DNA of 64,000 nucleotides from Squalus acanthias. Taxonomy: Eukaryota. Position 1 is the first letter of the stretch, and every line of letters starts with the position of its first letter. Below are positions 61,501-64,000 of the stretch, in pieces. The notes under the pieces are model-generated. The model worked only from the letters and a program-made list of their open reading frames with translations. It was not told where the DNA came from and did no database searches. Both the position numbers and the translations under genes were made by a program. The stretch is taken from positions 4,278,001 through 4,342,000 of the forward strand of contig JASTWF010000035.1 in NCBI GenBank assembly GCA_030390025.1. The letters run 5' to 3'.

Positions 61501-64000
61501 CTGAGCCCGCGTCACACTGTGTCACACTGAGCCCGCGTCACACTGTGTCACACCGAGCCCGCGTCACACTGTGTCACACCGAGCCCGCGTCACACTGTGT
61601 CACACCGAGCCCGCGTCACACTGTGTCACACCGAGCCCACGTCACACTGTGCCCACGTCACACTGTGTCACACTGAGCCCGCGTCACACTGTGTTACACT
61701 GAGCCCGCGTCACATTGTGTCACACTGAGCCCACGTCACACTGAGCCCACGTCACACTGAGCACGCATCACACTATGTCACACCAAGCCCACGTCACACC
61801 GAGCCCGCGTCACACTGTGTAACATTGAGCCCACGTCACACTGTGTCACACCGATCCCACGTCACACCGATCCCACGTCACACCGGTCCCACGTCACACT
61901 GAGCCCGCGTCACACTGTGTCACACTGAGCCCGCGTCACACTGTGCCACACTGAGCCCGCATCACACTGTGTCACACTGAGCCCGCGTCTCACTGTGTCA
62001 CACTGAGCCCGCGTCACACTGTGTCACCGAGCCCGCGTCACACTGTGTCACACTGAGCCCACGTCACACTGAGCCCGTGTCACACTGAGCCCACGTCACA
62101 ATGTGTCACACTGAGCCCACGTCACACTGTGTCACACTGAGCCCGCGTCACACTGTGTCACACCGAGCCCACGTCACACTGTGCCCACGTCACACTGTGT
62201 CACACTGAGCCCGCGTCACACCGTGTTACACTGAGCCCGCGTCACACCTTGTCACACTGAGCCCGCGTCACACTGTGTCACACTGAGCCCGCGTCACACT
62301 GTGTCACACCGATCCCGCGTAACACTGTGTCACACCGAGCCCACGTCACACTGTGCCCACGTCACACTGTCACACTGAGCCCACGTCACACTGAGCCCAC
62401 GTCACACTGAGCACGCATCACACTATGTCACACCAAGCCCACGTCACACCGAGCCCGCGTCACACTGTGTAACATTGAGCCCACGTCACACTGTGTCACA
62501 CCGATCCCACGTCACACCGATCCCACGTCACACCGGTCCCACGTCACACTGAGCCCGCGTCACACTGTGTCACACTGAGCCCGCGTCACACTGTGTCACC
62601 CTGAGCCCGCGTCACACTGTGTCACACTGAGCCCACGTCACACTGAGCCCGTGTCACACTGAGCCCACGTCTCACTGTGCCCGCGTCACATTGTGTCACA
62701 TTGAGCCCACGTCACACTGAGCCCACGTCACGCTGTGCCCAAGTCACACTGTGTCACACTGAGCCCACGTCACACTGTGTCACACTAAGCCCGTGTCACA
62801 CTGTGTCACACTGAGCCCACGTCACACTGTGTCACACTGAGCCCGCGTCACACTGTGTCACACTGAGCCCGCGTCACACTGTGTCACTCTGAGCCCGCGT
62901 CACACTGTGTCACACTGAGCCCACGTCACACTGAGCCCACGTCACACTGAGCCCACGTCACACTGAGCCCACGTCACACTGTGTCACACTGAGCCTGCGT
63001 CACACTGTGTCACACTGAGCTCACGTCACACTGTGCCCACGTCACACTGTGTCACACCGAGCCCACGTCACACTGTGTCACACTGTGCCCGTGTCACACT
63101 GAGCCCACGTCACACTGTATCACACTGAGCCCACGTCACACTGAGCCCACGTCACACTGAGCCCACGTCACACTGAGCTCACGTCTCACTGTGTCACACT
63201 GAGCCCGCGTCACACTGTGTCACACTGAGCCCGCGTCACACTGTGTCACACTGAGCCCGCGTCACACTGTGTCACACTGAGCCCGCGTCACACTGTGTCA
63301 CACTGAGCCCGCGTCACACTGTGTCACACTGAGCCCGCGTCACACTGTGTCACACTGAGCCCGCGTCACACTGTGTCACACTGAGCCCGCGTCACACTGT
63401 GTCACACTGAGCCCGCGTCACACTGTGTCACACCGAGCCCGCGTCAAACTGTGTCACACCGAGCCCACGTCACACTGTGTCACACTGAGCCCGCATCACA
63501 CTGAGCCCGCATCACACTGTGTCACATTGAGCCAGCGTCACACTGTGTCACACTGAGCCAGCGTCACACTGAGCCCGTGTCACACTGAGCCCGCGTCACA
63601 CTGTGTCACACTGAGCCCGCGTCACACTGTGTAACACTGAGCCCACGTCACACTGTGTCACACCGAGCCCGCGTCAAACTGTGTCACACTGAGCCCACGT
63701 CACACTGCGCCTACGTCACACTGTTTCACACTGTGCCCACGTCACACTGAGCCCGCGCCACACTGTGTCACTCCGAGCCCGCGTCAAACTGTGTCACACT
63801 GAGCCCACGTCACACTGTGCCCACGTCACACTGTGTCACACCGAGTCCACGTCACACTGTGCCCATGTCACACCGAGCCCGCGTCACACTGTGTCACACC
63901 GAGCCCTTGTTACACTGTGTCACACCGAGCCCACGTCACACTGTGCCCACGTCACACTGTGCCCGCATCACACTGTTGCACACTGTGCCCACGTCACACA
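58577..64000. repeat. 26-bp minisatellite (GTCACACTGTGTCACACTGAGCCCRC)
   Basis: Starts about 25 bp after the exon H donor and runs off the window end. Confidence 0.97.

Noticed and set aside
58577..64000. Many CACTGTG (RAG recombination signal heptamer, reverse complement) copies
   Set aside because: No nonamer (GGTTTTTGT/ACAAAAACC) at 12- or 23-bp spacing and no V, D or J segments; explained by the repeat unit.

Overview
Vertebrate genomic window, most likely from a cartilaginous fish (inferred from the repeat families). It holds eight consecutive + strand coding exons of a meltrin-type ADAM protease gene, best resembling ADAM33/ADAM13. They run from the end of the metalloprotease domain through the disintegrin, cysteine-rich, EGF-like and transmembrane regions, and all have canonical GT-AG sites with continuous reading phase. 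The introns are almost entirely about 13 different minisatellite arrays, many hugging exon boundaries, plus deeply nested non-LTR retrotransposons (CR1, RTE, L2), two TIR-bounded DNA elements, a DeuSINE fragment and a 200-N gap. Most interesting observations: (1) a conserved U_UUA_AAC slippery heptamer directly before the ORF1 stop in three distinct CR1 copies, with ORF2 open in the -1 frame in two of them and lacking an early AUG in the intact copy, suggesting programmed -1 frameshifting; (2) a 150-bp TSD-flanked insertion carrying a minimal Penelope-type hammerhead ribozyme; (3) an RTE LINE with a twin-priming-like 5' inversion; (4) a four-level CR1 nest with alternating orientation that creates about 2 kb of near-perfect inverted repeat. 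No searches were run; family assignments come from recognising motifs.
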